Below, in pieces: positions 38,864-52,377 of a stretch of DNA of 64,000 nt; the first letter of the stretch is position 1; each line of letters opens with the position of its first letter. Position numbers and translations under genes: made by a program. The notes below the pieces were generated by a model that ran no database searches, had not been told where the DNA came from, and worked only from the letters and a program-made list of their open reading frames with translations. The DNA comes from Paramecium tetraurelia (taxonomy: Eukaryota): NCBI GenBank assembly GCA_000165425.1, contig CT867986.1:248001-312000 (forward strand), written 5' to 3'.

Positions 38864-39699
38864 TATTTACAAATAAATTATTTATTTATTTCCAACTTTT
38901 ATAATCCTAGAGTCTCCTAGATGAATCAGTTCTACGTTATTTAACAAGTTATTAATCTTAATTATGCTTAATTAATGTAGCCTTTTTATTAAATAAGGAT
39001 TGTAAATTTCCTTTTATATGAGTAATTTTATAAAATAATTTCGATTTTTATTAAAAACAAAGTGGTTTCCCTTTTGAATATTTGAGTAATATAAAAATTA
39101 TATAATATATCTTAATGAAATGATTATTAACCACAAATTTGATTTTCTTAAATAAGTTATTTAGATTTGGTTATTGATTTTCAAATAAGTTTTTAATTAA
39201 TTCTTCAATCTAATAAATGATAAAATAAACTTTACATTTACTACGCTTTCAAATCTCAGCTCTAAGTAAGAAATATATAACAATTATGTTTAGAATTACT
39301 GATCTAAGATCATTTTCTAAGATATTTCGAAATGAAACAATTAAAAAGTTAATATAAATTAATTAATCAATTATAAGTTCGAAGTCTTCATCATAATAAA
39401 TAAGATAATTTTGAAGGATTACTTAAGTTTGCCATAAAATAAGATGCATGATGGCTATTCATATTGTTCAATATCTGAAAAAATTGTTGAAATTTCCCTT
39501 TTTAAGTATACCTAAGTTGATGCATTAAATTATTGCCATACATATTTTGAAACGATTATAACGTAAATTTAGTCAGTTTATTTGTAACTGCAACTTTACA
39601 GTAGTTGATCTATTTCTCTAATAATTAATAGGAACCTTATTTATGAGTTTTAATGTGTATAAAATAATATTATAAATTATTTTTAATAGTGAAAAAATT

Positions 39700-40688
39700 A
39701 TGGATCTCATTCAAAAAAAGCAAAAGATAGAAGATTCAGATGGTGAGGAGATAATCTAGGAAGGAGAAGTTGATGAGAACTTTGAATAGAGAGTTTAGAA
39801 GCTGTTATACGAAACTGACAATGGATTAAACTTATATAATAAACCTGTGATGCCATTGATTTATTATGAATTCAATGAAGATATCAAATAATAAGCAGAA
39901 TAAGTCATAAATTAAGATACAACGATATTACCTTAAGATAAATATGAGAAATACGAAAAAGAAGCTTCAAAAATATGGGACAAATTTTACAGGCATCACT
40001 AAAATAACTTTTTTAAAGACAGACACTATTTGGAAAGAGAAATACCTGAATTAAATCATTTTAAAGAAAGCCATCAAAAAGATGAAACTAAATTATATGT
40101 CATTTGCGAAATGGGATGTGGAGTTGGAAATGCTTTATTTCCTTTAAGGAAAAACTACACATTCTTCAAAAAAGTTTATGGTTTCGATTTCAGCAAAAGA
40201 GCTATCGATGTTTTGAAAGCTAATGAATTATATGATGAAACTGTATTCTAAGCTTGTGTTTGTGATTTAGTTTTGGATCCATTGCCAGATTTTGAAAGAC
40301 CTGATTTAGGCACTTTAATATTTGTTTTGTCTGCAATATCTCCAGAGAATCATTTAATGGTAGTTCGCAAGATTTTTGAATGGATGAAACCAGGGAGTGT
40401 TCTTTACTTTAGAGATTATGGTTAATATGATTTTGGATAAATAAATTTGTCTAAGAAAAAGAATAGAAAGCTGAAAAATAATTTCTATGTCAAGCATGAT
40501 GGAGTGAGGGTTTATTATTTTAGTAATGAAGTAAGTGCTTTCAAATATAGTAGGAAGTGACATCATTATTTACTACAGCTGGATTTAAGCAATTAGATGT
40601 GAAGGCTCATTATAGATATATAGAAAATAGAAAGACAAAAGTCAAGATGTACAGAGTTTGGGTTCAGGGTAGATATTTAAAAGAATGA
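39700..40688 (+). CDS. METTL6: tRNA N3-methylcytidine methyltransferase, METTL6/METTL2/Trm140 family
   Basis: WDKFY...FFKDRHYL, EMGCGVGN, IFVLSAISPE, YFRDYG and NRK...MYRVWVQG. Confidence 0.88.
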
Positions 40689-40713
40689 TATATATTGTAA
40701 TTTATTTATTAAT

Positions 40714-42375
40714 TCATTATGTTATATCAAACAATTTTAATAGATTGTTAAGTTCGAAATTTAAGTACTTATTGTATTTGTTGTAATACATTTATTGTAG
40801 GTAATCTGAATGCTTAGAATTCCATTAGATATCCTATGATATCATGCATTCATTGATATTGTCTAAATTGAGAGTAGTCACAGATTTTTTAACACAGAAG
40901 TCTATGAGATTTTGTTTGATGGAGGTTTCGACTAGTTCTTACACATTTTAGTCGAAACTTAACTTGTAATTTTACATAATGTTTCTAAAAACACTTTTTA
41001 CTTTGGCTTAAGGTGCTTTTAATTCAGGATCGTAGACGAAATCTCTTGATATCAATTTACAATTTATACTTCTCAGAATAATCTTCAATCATATATCTAG
41101 CAAGCAAAGTACTGTTTTTAAGATGAAAGGGATCCAATCTCAATTATTTCTCTAAGTCGTTTATTGCAATATCCTCTTCTGTTGTGAATAGGATCTAAGT
41201 GTAATTTTAATTATTTTACAAATTCTGCATCTTGGAGAGTGATTCTTTTTTTTCTAAGAGACAATTTCAACTCTAAAATAGTTTACTCAATTTATTATTT
41301 CTTGACTTGTTTAACAACCACATTGTCTCCATGATGAGGCGATGTCAATGGAGATAATAGAACTTAGGTAGTGGATTAAAAAAGTTAATCCTCTCCATAA
41401 ATTAAGGTTTGGGTTGATAGTTTCTTCTTAGAGAATTATTACAGATATCTAGATTATCATATTAAATTACTTGTCTATTTGTTTTTGCTTTTCCAATAGT
41501 ATATTATAATCCATATAAAGTTTATCATATTTATCGCTAATTTATTTTTTTTCTGCTTCTAAATGTTAGATTTTCTATTTGGAATCATAGTTTAATTCGA
41601 TTAAGGAGTTTTGGTTATCTTAAATAATTTATTAATATTAATTAAGTCTTGTTTGTAAATGCTATATTTCATCCATCTTCATTTAGAGTTCGTCAACTAA
41701 AAGATTCTCATTCTTACTGGGATGTTTCATCAAATTCATTTCTGACAAGGGATCCCTATCTCTATATCTCTGAATTTATTAATCCTTTAATTTCATGACT
41801 TATTGTAATTGGTTATTCTTAGCTTTGAGTTGAATATAGTCAGATCTAATCTTCTCGAGCTCGTTGATATATTATTTTTATGTTTCAATCTTATTTAATA
41901 AATTTATATTATCTTGAACTATCTAATTTTAGTCACCCTCAAACTTCTATAGAATCTAATATTTTAAGAGTTCTTTTTTTAAGTCTTGGATCTACTTTTT
42001 CATATCCTGTTAAGCTTTGAATTAAGTATTCTCTTTAAGTATTTATATTTCCTGATCCTTTTGTTTGATCCTTAGTAAACTCTATTGAATGACTTTTCTT
42101 TGGTCACTTTCATCCATCATGTCTATCTCTTTTCCAAATTATTGCAAGACATTTTACAGAGATTGGTTTTCTAATTGCAATTGTTTAGTTTTCAGTTTTT
42201 CTAAATGTAATTACTCGTAAAGGGTTTCTTTATCAATACTGATATTTTTGGGAATGATCACTTTTCTAATCCTACATGAGTTAGAGTCATTCATAGAGTA
42301 AAGAGTCTTAATTCTTCTGTTTGGCTCGTTTTTTAAAGGATGTTAAAAATATTGATTAGCTATATGTTAGCTCAT
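40714..42375 (-). CDS. Hypothetical coiled-coil protein
   Basis: Long Q/E/K-rich frame from MSQHIANQ; C-terminal DPFHLKNSTLLARYMIED. Confidence 0.7.
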
Positions 42376-42652
42376 AAATAAATAAATTAAAGATGACTTT
42401 AATAACAATTCTTTGGAAGTTAGAAAAACCATTTCAAGTATTTAATCAAGCTTTTAAACTTAGGTTTTTATTGAATCTCCTGTCTATTCAATGAAGACCA
42501 AGCATATAACAATTAAAAGAAGCAGACTCCCAAAATTAACAAATGAAGTACAACGAAGTTTATTATAACAAACTTAGTGTGGAAATTTTATGTCTAAAAA
42601 GAAAGAATGTTTAATGAGTAGTTGATTAAATAATTAAATTAATATTATTAAT

Positions 42653-44317
42653 ATGGAGAAACTATAGAAAGAGATGCATAATTAGTATTAGTATTTACTC
42701 TTAGAATTAAGTCGATTAAATTCTAAGTTGGTAAGAATTGAAGAGCAATAAGAGATCATTAAGCCACAGTAGTCAGTTCCAATTTAAAATAAAGAAAATA
42801 ACTACGATTTTATAGTAAGATTGACAACTACTAGTCATCAATCCGTAGCATTGAAATGATTTAAGACAGGTACAATCTTATGAGCAACCAATTCGATAAG
42901 CTGAGGAAGGAGATAGATCAAAAAGTCTGTCTAGATGACTTTATTAAGTATACATAAAAAATAGCATCAGAATATGCTACCTTATAGATGCTAGATTTAG
43001 GCATTTAATCCATTTAAACAAGAATATAATTTAATCCATCTGATTCCTAATTGAAGGGGAGCCTAGTTGCATCCAGAGTAAAATAGTAAAACAAATAAAC
43101 TTAAGTTTTTGAATACCAACATACAGTTGAATAGTAATTTGAAGAGAGATTAAATCGATTTAGAGAATTAATAACATCCCAGGTCAGATAGTTTTGTGAT
43201 TAAGTGCAGGCTTAAGATTTTAGCAAACCATTTAGAGAATAAATTTCAAATAATGTAAATAATCTACATGAGAAGTTGCATCAACTTGAATTATATCAAA
43301 TGGAGATCTAAAGGCATTTGGAGGCAAGGGAGTTTGAAAAACTCATTAAGCAATATACCTAAGTAGAAGAGAGACTCTAATTATTGGAAAATCATTCGTA
43401 AGGATTAGCAAACCTAATTCAAGTTATAAATCAGCAGAAAAAAGCTGATGAAGAATAGCAGAAAATAAAAAAGGAAGAAAAAAAGAAGGAGGATCACTTA
43501 AATTAATATTTGACTATTGAAGATTTCTAGAAGTATTAATAATACATTAAGGAACACTATTTGACTTAAGTTTAAGGTAAAATTTGATTTAACAAAAGGG
43601 GCTTAATTTCTATAAAGGATTAATGAAACGGAGGATAACATTAAGAATATGTTTAATAAGGGTATTTATGATAAATTAGAATCAGAAATAGTTGATATTG
43701 ATGAAAAATTTGGTGTAATGTTGGAATCTCTTTAAAATAAGATAAATTAATAATTTCAAAATCAAGTATCTAAACTTAACGTGTTTGAAATGTAATTAGG
43801 CTCGTTTATGAGTAAATCTGAAGTGATTTAGATGCTGGACAATCCTCAAGCCGTAATGAAAGTGAATTCTGCAGTTTAGAATATACAAGAGAAGTTCAAA
43901 GAGCTTTATTCAAAATAAATTGATATACTGGAAGCTTAATTTAGATTCTCAATCAGTAATATACAGTCTGCTAATATCACAGAGAATGATAAATTAAATT
44001 AGAGTGCTTTACTTTTAAAAAAATGTGAATAAATTAGGGTCTCTTTATAAGAGTTTTTTGGATAGAATATTTAACAAAATTTAACATTAAAGAAACAATA
44101 AGAATTGGTTTAGTAATAATCTTAACAATTTAAAAACTCTAACAAACTAGAAAGCAAATATTAGAATCGACCTCTATCAGTTGGAAGTAGGTATACAAAA
44201 ATGAGGAGACAATCTGCAACTCCAAAAGTGATCTCTTCATCCTTTTCAGGAGTTTCAGAGCCATAATTCTTTTAAAAGGTTTTGTAGAATCCTTTGGTTT
44301 AAAAATTGAAGAAATGA
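42653..44317 (+). CDS. Hypothetical coiled-coil protein
   Basis: MEKLQKEMHN start; heptad-rich frame; ends NPLVQKLKK*. Confidence 0.7.
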
Positions 44318-44344
44318 TTTTTGTCAATAATAAAAAATAATAAA

Positions 44345-44986
44345 TCACTTTAAGTTTTTTCTCTTGTTGTAGTCATCATCATCTGTTATTAATTCAAATC
44401 TACATACTGGACAGCTATTATGTTGTTTTAACCATGGGATTAGGCAATCCGAATGAAAATGATGTTGACAAGGCATTTATACGGCTTCTTAGGTTTAATA
44501 TTCCTCTTGGCAAACAGTGCAACACTCAGATTATAAATTAATTTTTTGGAGTGAATCTATTGCAATTTAAGAGGCAGGAGGGGATCTCAATAAAATAAAA
44601 TTATACCCGTATCTATTAGGATCATTTTGGCTGATAAAATCAATAAGCTATTCTAAAGATTGCCCAGGTTGAAATTGAGTATTCGGAAACATTAATTAAA
44701 GTAGATTATCAAACAGGTTAGTTCTCTATTGAAATCTGATGGGAATTTGGTTCCTAGTAATGTGAATGATAGTTTAAGGTTGTTATTGTTGTATTAGTTG
44801 AGTTTATGATTGTCTCTATTATTGGTTTTCTCCATAGGGTATAAAACCCCTGGGATCATTTTAAGGGTCAATAACTTCGCAAAATTCTTATTAGCAAAAT
44901 GCGCATTTTATAAGATCTGATGTAACTTAGGATTCAAATTGTTTTTTGCAAATATGACACCAACATAAAGTAATGGAATTTTACAT
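44345..44986 (-). CDS. RING-H2 E3 ligase, RNF126/RNF115-like
   Basis: N-terminal zinc ribbon WCHIC...CAFC...[21 protein letters not shown]...[29 protein letters not shown]. Confidence 0.9.
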
Positions 44987-45013
44987 AATTAATATATTGA
45001 TATATATTTAATA

Positions 45014-46403
45014 TCAATTGGTAATCTAGCCTTGGACATCTCTCTTATATTGTTAACTTTGAGATCCAACTTGGCTGGAATAGATTCTGTAAACATCATC
45101 AAAAGTATTCAATTCTTCTGTCAAAGTTTCACTTACAGATTTATAATGAGCTTCAGCAGAATTCAAGTCCTAAATATTAATAATAGTCTTACTTCGTTGG
45201 CTAAATCAATGGAGTTTTGGATTTTCTTTAATCTATCTTTGCAAGCAGCGGTGGCTTATAGAATAGTGATTAATTGGTTTTACAATTTTTCCTATTGATA
45301 AATGTGATATAATACAAGATTAATATCTTCAGCAACAAGATGACCTTTAAATGTTTCATTTTCCTTATTAATCAACCCTTTGAAATCACTATAGCCCATG
45401 GCAGAAGTGACCTAATTGTCCTGTTTCTTTGAAAAAGATCCTCTGACTTCTGATTCTAGGATGTCAAGGAAATTAAGCAACTCTTATTAAGCCACTGTGA
45501 ATTAACTATAATCCTTTTGAGATCCAGATTCTGCAGGAGCCTTTTATCCCTTTTCAATAATTTTATTGAAGGCTGCAGCTTCCTTTGCTAATTATTCATT
45601 GGTAGTCTTTTCAGCTGCTTCAAAGGGGTGTTCAGGAACAGGAGCATCAGGTTCTGCAGTTTCTTAATGTTATTCAATCTCATGATCTTCTGGTGCTGGT
45701 GCCGATGCATCAACAGAATCTTCAGTTGTTTCTTGATTAGTCTCTTCAACTTCTTATGTGTCTTGTTGGTTGTCTTCTGTATCGACTTCTGCATCTTCAT
45801 AAACATGAGGAGGTTCATTATTTTCAGAAGTGACTTCTGGTTCATCTTCATCATCAGCCAAGTAGGATTTGAGTTGGATGAATTAAGCAGATTGTAATAA
45901 TGTTGGCAAGTCAGTCTAGACATTTATTGTAATGATTTACTTCTTTGGCATTTTTAACAGCTCTTCTAAGGAAAGCGATCAAATTTAATGTTTTCTTGCT
46001 ATTTTTGATATCATTGATGAAGTTGGAATTAGATTCGCATCTGTTGATATCTAACCTTTGTAGTCTCTCATTATTCTCTTTGATTCTTTTTTCTAACCAA
46101 CTTATGTAGCTTAAGGTAATTCTAATATCTCTTTCTTTGTTAGCCCATTCTTGGTCTCTTCTATTGCATTCTCCTCTCTAAGTAGAAGCCAGATCTCATT
46201 AAATCATTCACAATATCTTGTTTTGTCTTATAGTTTGCATAAATAATTACGTATTAAGTGGCAGACCAATCAGACTCTAGTTGTGCTAGTTATTTCGAAG
46301 TTCCATTTTTCAAATCTGCTAACATTTTTAATACAACATCTATTTCGTTGGATTAACAGTAAGTTGTAATTAACAACAACGCTATAATTCCGAATGCTTT
46401 CAT
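45014..46403 (-). CDS. Secreted trichocyst matrix/granule lattice-like coiled-coil protein (one apparent frameshift)
   Basis: Signal peptide MKAFGIIALLLITTYC; EIDVVLKMLADLK; sparse Cys (GECN, RCES); acidic linker. The frame only closes if one base at ~46190 is removed. Confidence 0.6.
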
Positions 46404-46596
46404 GTTAATATTAATAATATAAAAATAAAAACGGTATAAACATATTGCAATATAAACAGAATTGCGGAGGCTTGGTAAATACAACATTTAATTGAGAGAG
46501 ATCTCCAAAGTGTTTTCGTCTTACAGCATGATAGAGATGCTCAATAGTCATGATCACTTATTTATAATATAAATTAATTTTATTATATTATTGTTA

Positions 46597-48293
46597 ATGG
46601 GTGCATGCACAGGAAAAGGACCTAAAAGCGAGAATAATCCATAAAAGGAGCTAAATTAAAAACAACAAGACCCAAATCTCAAAAGTCTTGATAATGGATA
46701 AAACAAGGATAAAAAAGTGTTTACTTCCTAAAAAACATAATTCAAAGTCAATCCTTCTATTTTTGTGACATTAAAGAAAGGAGATATCTTAAACTACTAT
46801 AGAATCGATCAAACTTTAGGAGAAGGTACTGTTGAGTTCTCAAACCCTATCTAGGTTCGTATGGAAAAGTCAGTTTAGTAACATAAAAAGTTACTGGATT
46901 ACCTAGAGCTATGAAGCAAATTCGAAAGGACAAAATTGAATAAAAAGATAACATGATACAAGAAGTCTCTATACTAAAAGAATTAGATCATCCTAATATT
47001 GTTAGTGTTTATGAATTATATGAAGATGAATAATATGTTTACATCATTACAGAGTAAGCATTGAAATATCATCAGGCACAAGATATCTAAGTGGAGGAGA
47101 ATTATTTGAAAAAATAAATGAAATCGATCACTTTGATGAAACTATTGCAGCTGGTTATATGAGAAAAATATTGGAAGCTGTTAATTATTGTCATAATAAA
47201 AATGTTGTTCATCGGTATTGTTGTCTATTTGATAATAGTGATCTAAAACCTGAGAATATAATATTTGAATCGAGGAAAGTAAACTCAAGTTTGAAAATTA
47301 TTGATTTTGGAACAGCCAAAGAATTACTGGAAAGCAAAAAATTATCACAACGAATTGGCACTGTAATCAACTAATATACTTTTATATAGCCTTATTATAT
47401 TGCACCTGAAGTCATTAATAAATAATATGATAAAAAATGCGATGTTTGGTCCTGTGGAGTTATTCTATTTATTATGCTCTGTGGATTTCCACCCTTTAAT
47501 GGCCAATCCTAATAAGAACTTTACCAAAGGATTCAGGCAGGGGTTTACTCTTTTGATGGTAACTCTAACCAAATTATCCTTTTAGAACCTGAGTGGAAGG
47601 AAATCTCTGAGGATGCTAAAGATTTGATTAAGAAGATGTTAATTACTGATCCAGACAAAAGGATTTCGGCTCAAGATGCCTTATAACATGAATGGGTCAA
47701 AATAACATAAAAAGAGAAAAAACTTAATCATAAATCACTTGAGAACTTAGCCAGATTTCATGTAACTTCTATTAAATTATTGAGGAAATTAGAGCTATAG
47801 CAAATTAAAAGCTGCGATCATGCAACTAATCACTACTTAGGTCATGACGAATTAAGAAAAAAAAAAAATGCAAAAATAATTTAAGAAAATTGATGTCAAT
47901 CATGATGGTACTTTAAGTCGAGAGGAACTACTCTAATGTTACAGAGAAATCTATAATGATGAACTTAAGTGCCATTAAATTGTTGATCATCTATTTGAGT
48001 AAGCAGATGTCAATGGATCTAATTAAATTGACTATTCAGAATTTGTTATCGCCTTTGCCAAAAAAGAATAAATTATGGCATAAAACAAATTAGAAAAAGC
48101 CTTTAAACTATTTGATAAAGATGGCAATGGTCAAATTAGTAAATAGGAACTCTAGGATATTATGGGTGGTGTCCAACTTAGTGATAATTAATGGAGTAAT
48201 GTATTTGGAGAACTTGATTTAAATGGAGACGGTGTTGTAACTCTACAAGAATTTACTGAAATGCTCATTAAAGGGGCTAATGAATAAGAATGA
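46597..48293 (+). CDS. CDPK: Calcium-dependent protein kinase (kinase + 4 EF-hands), N-myristoylated
   Basis: [36 protein letters not shown]-hands DVNHDG, DVNGSN, DKDGNG and DLNGDG. Confidence 0.95.
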
Positions 48294-49037
48294 TCAAAAG
48301 TTTATTTCCTAATTTATAAATTTTTCATTTATTCTATGAAAGTTAAGTGATCCTAAATATATCAATTTTACTTGAGTTAATATCTTTCTTTGTAGTTTTA
48401 AATTGATTAGTTTTTTCATTTTTGGATTCATATTATTGAGTTAAATCTCTACATATATTTTCAATTACTGATAGGACAATTTCTATCAAACAAGAATAGA
48501 TAAATCAATATATTATATCTAAATATTACTTTTGATTAATTAAAATAGAATTTAAAGTATCGGAGATAGTTTCATATTCATTATCTTGTGAAAGTATTTA
48601 TATTAGAGTTATAATTATACATGTGCTTGATAGTCATAATGTTTTAATGTTTTCTTATATTCAAAATTACCTCGAGAGAATGCCGGCCAAAATAGAATCA
48701 AATTAAATATTCAAATAAATATACTTATTATAAAAAAGAAAGAAGAAATTTATTTGATATAAACTAGATGTCATTAACAAATAGAATTATATAATTGCTT
48801 ATAAGATTTAAAATTTTTGAACCAATTTTAGAAATCAAGATCTTTTGATTAGGAATTTTGATCTTATTAAAAAGTGATTTAAAAATAATTTCTCAGAGTT
48901 CATCCGAATTAGTTGTTTTGTTTGAAAACAATTTGATTACAGAAATATTTAAAGATTTCATTATTGTGTAAAAGGATAGCTTGTTTAAGATAAATAAGTC
49001 TTGATGTTTATGAGAAATATTTATATTTTATTTAATT

Positions 49038-50679
49038 ATGAGTTTAGAAACATTAAATGGAATTGAATATTTAGGGGCTCATTTAAAGGTACATTAATAA
49101 ATAGATTTAGTTCAAAGTACCAGGGTATAGAGAAAAATCAGATGGTCATGTTTATTACAGGATAGTTGCATAATTTACATTGGTTGAGCCTTTCAAAAAA
49201 GTTGATTTTGAATATACTTATGAGAATTGTCTAACTCTATTTAAGACATTATCTTCATAATGCCCTGATTTACCATAACTACCTGGAATCGGATTGTTTG
49301 GATTCAAGCCAAATGGATTTGATACAGAAAAAAGAAGAGTAGATTTGGAGAAATGGCTTGGAGCATTAGTTTGGAGATGCGATGTATTGGGAAGCGAATG
49401 CTTTTACAACTTTTGTAATGTAAGCAATGAGAATATATCACGATTAGTTGGGCTAGATGCTTGATAAAAAATGGTTAAAATAGCCGGATTGTATATTGAA
49501 ATTTAATTATGGTCACTCATTCCCGGTCTAAGACTTTTTTTATGAGCCAGACACCTAAGTTTGCTTTGTGTTGACAACTGATGATTCAATTGCAAGCAAA
49601 ATGCAAGGGTTAATGGGAATATTTGGAAAATCAATAAAGCCTTCATTTCATTCTTAATTGATTGGTTATAGATTGGATGTTGATAATAATGAAAACCCAA
49701 TCACTTAAACTTTATGGACTATATAATATTAGCAGAGAGGAACAATGATAAAATGGGATGAGAAATTGACTATCTTGGGCATTGGTTTTGATGATGGTCA
49801 TATAATTTGCTTAAGGATAGCCACTAATAAAAAGTATTAAGAATATTCAGAATTCTGCTACATTCATAAACACACTTAAGCAGTTAACGGGATAGAATTC
49901 AATAGTTTGACTGGCCATTGTTATAGTATAAGCAAAGACAAATGTTTGATAACAACAGATTTAGCCAATCCTAGTAGTATTTTGAAAGGTATGTTCTGAT
50001 GTATTCAATAATAGAGAAGGAGTTTGTCAATGAATTGACCTGCCTTACAACTAATTAGTACCGTTTATTTGTGGGAGACAATGTAGGAAGCATTTACATA
50101 TTCTCCTTTGAAAATGGTCCATTGCATGCAGTTCATTAAATCAAACAAGATGTTGCGATGTAATTGACTTCCATTTAATATTGCCCTATCAAAAATTATC
50201 TCATCTGTGGCAGCAAGGAAGGCTACTTAAGTGTATTTGAGATTGGGAAATAAGGGAAAGAAAAAAGTACTAATCAGATTACTCTACTCAAAACAATTCC
50301 GAATAAGGTTGTTCAATTTTCAATCAGCACCAAAGAAATCTATGTTAATTATGGGAGTAGTGTTATCATCTTAGAATCAACGAATATGAAATATTTATAT
50401 TCACTTGAAGCTCATAACAAAGATATCACTAAAATACAATTGTTTGATTCCATAGGACTCTTGATAACCAGTAGCAAAGACAACACAGTCAAGTTTTGGC
50501 AATATAAATATTTCCCACACATCCTATTGAACAACGACATCCTTCCACTTCGAAAAGAACCTGTTGCAGAACATAAGGTTACTATTAGACAATAGGGTGG
50601 GGAACAATTTAAATAAGCTGTTTAGTTATAATAATAATAAATGAAGCCAGAATTGGAAGACTTGGATCATTGGCAATGA
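49038..50679 (+). CDS. PX domain + WD40 repeat protein
   Basis: PX: HVYYRI...LPQLPG...TEKRRVDLEKWL. WD40: GIGFDDG, HKHTQAVNGI, YSISKDK, EAHNKDI...ITSSKDNTVKFW. Confidence 0.8.
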
Positions 50680-50697
50680 TAAATATTTATTTACATT

Positions 50698-51040
50698 CAT
50701 TTACGTTAAGGAGATGACAACAAAGATCGGTTTGATTTGTATTTACTATTTGTTAAAATAGGTCTAATTGTTATAGGTCGTTTCTTATCTGATTTCTATT
50801 CATCTTGCTCACTCTCTTCTGCATCTGCTAAATCAAGCAAACTACGTCTTGCTGTTACAGCATTGTCAGTTTTTATTTTGTTCAACGATGGATGTTTTTA
50901 AATGATCAAGTCTATGATTCTACATACAACCACTTCCATACCTTTCAACTTCCCTTTCTACTTAGTGTCAATCTCTCTTTATTGATGCATCATGTACACT
51001 GTATAGAATAGTTTCCCTTGTATTGTATCAAATTTATGCA
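50698..51040 (-). pseudogene. Short disrupted ORF
   Basis: A coding-like 3' frame (MEVVVCRII...SLLSSPQRK*) joins the upstream frame only via a 1-nt shift near 50980. Confidence 0.3.
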
Positions 51041-51128
51041 TCTGTGGTAATAATAATATCAATTAATATTTATATCTTATAAAACATTTTAACAACTAAT
51101 AACTTTGAACTCCCAATTATTTTTATTT

Positions 51129-52248
51129 ATGGTACTATCTCTAGGTTATAATGGTCAAACAAATTCTAAAAATATTACGAAAAAAAGCATTAATAAATAT
51201 AAAAATTATGTAAGCATAAAAAAAAAATTCGTTTAGATGTTTTGCCATCTTTCAGATAGGAATGAATGACCAGAAGGGAGACTTCTTAACTGTGCATAAA
51301 AGAGGATGTTTGAAAACGTTCAATAGCGAAAGGGATGAATTAATTCAAGCTGTAGATTCGCATTATGATGGTCAAGTAAAATTTTAAAATGGTTAAAACA
51401 AAGAATATTTTGAATTCCGTAATTGGATTGGAATAAAAAAGTAGTCTAACGATAATAGTATTTAAATAATTAAAATTAGCATACTATTACCTTCTATTAT
51501 GCCATAAGAATGTCAGGAAAAATGATGCTTTTAAATAACTTCAAACACTCTAAACATGGAATAATGAAATATATAAAAATATAGATCCTTCAAAATTAGA
51601 GGACGATATTAATAAGTTAGAACAAAAATATGGAGAACCAGATGGATATTTAACAGAAGAAGGTGAGGATGAAAAATAGAGAAATTTATATTAATAACAA
51701 CAATAAGAAAAGTATTTACAATAATAATAATAACAATAAAAATAACAATAACAATTGCAATAATAACAATAATAATAATAATAATAATAGTAGTAATAAA
51801 AATAATAATAATAATAATAATAGCAATAACAATAACAATAAAGATAATCACAATAATAATAATTTCAAACTCCTTAAAAAAACTCTTAACAGAGATAAGG
51901 TTCAGCATAAAAATCTAAATCTCCAATTAATAAAGCATAAAACTTTAATTACGAACAAATCAATAGTATTATTAATAAATCTGGAGCTTTTAGATTTGAC
52001 ATTAAACCAAATGGTATAACTTAGGTAGATATTAAGTTTGGAAAAAATGCTTTGAATGTTAATCATTAAGTAGAATAACCTATTCAAAAGGTTAATCCAT
52101 AACAAAAAACAAGAGAAAAATAGCAATTTATGAATACGGAAGCACTTAAATAAATGGAGGAATCTAATAAACTAAAGTAAGCTGATGCATTAATCAGAAA
52201 TTCAATAGTAGGTACCCTGGCAAGTGGTACATTAGCATTGATTTTATG
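51129..52248 (+). CDS. Hypothetical polyQ protein with a hydrophobic C-terminus (start uncertain)
   Basis: Introns near 51210 and 51460; long TAA/CAA polyQ tract; ends SIVGTLASGTLALIL*. Confidence 0.5.
51690..51865 (+). repeat. PolyQ trinucleotide tract (TAA/CAA/TAG)
   Basis: (taa/caa)n run, misread as poly-N or poly-I in the standard-code ORF track. Confidence 0.9.
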
Positions 52249-52377
52249 ACTTAATTATAATATAATTTCCAATAGGTTAATTCAAATATAATTATGAAAC
52301 TTTAAAACAAAAGAGATTGATAGTTTCTAAGTTCTATTTATTAATTAGTCTATGAATAATTGATTTATTATAATAAA

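Noticed and set aside
42392..42624. Short open frame between divergent genes
   Set aside because: No ATG at its 5' end and no recognisable motif.
46440..46560. Slightly GC-richer intergenic stretch as a possible ncRNA
   Set aside because: No snRNA, tRNA or snoRNA motifs recognised; it would need an Rfam search.
50980..51000. In-frame TGA in a C-T-U-C context on the minus strand as possible selenocysteine
   Set aside because: The upstream frame is not convincingly coding, and the ~18-bp convergent 3' spacer leaves no room for a SECIS element.
51609..52019. Poly-N and poly-I ORFs in the supplied track (also 5557-5754)
   Set aside because: They are off-frame or antisense readings of TAA/CAA polyQ tracts.
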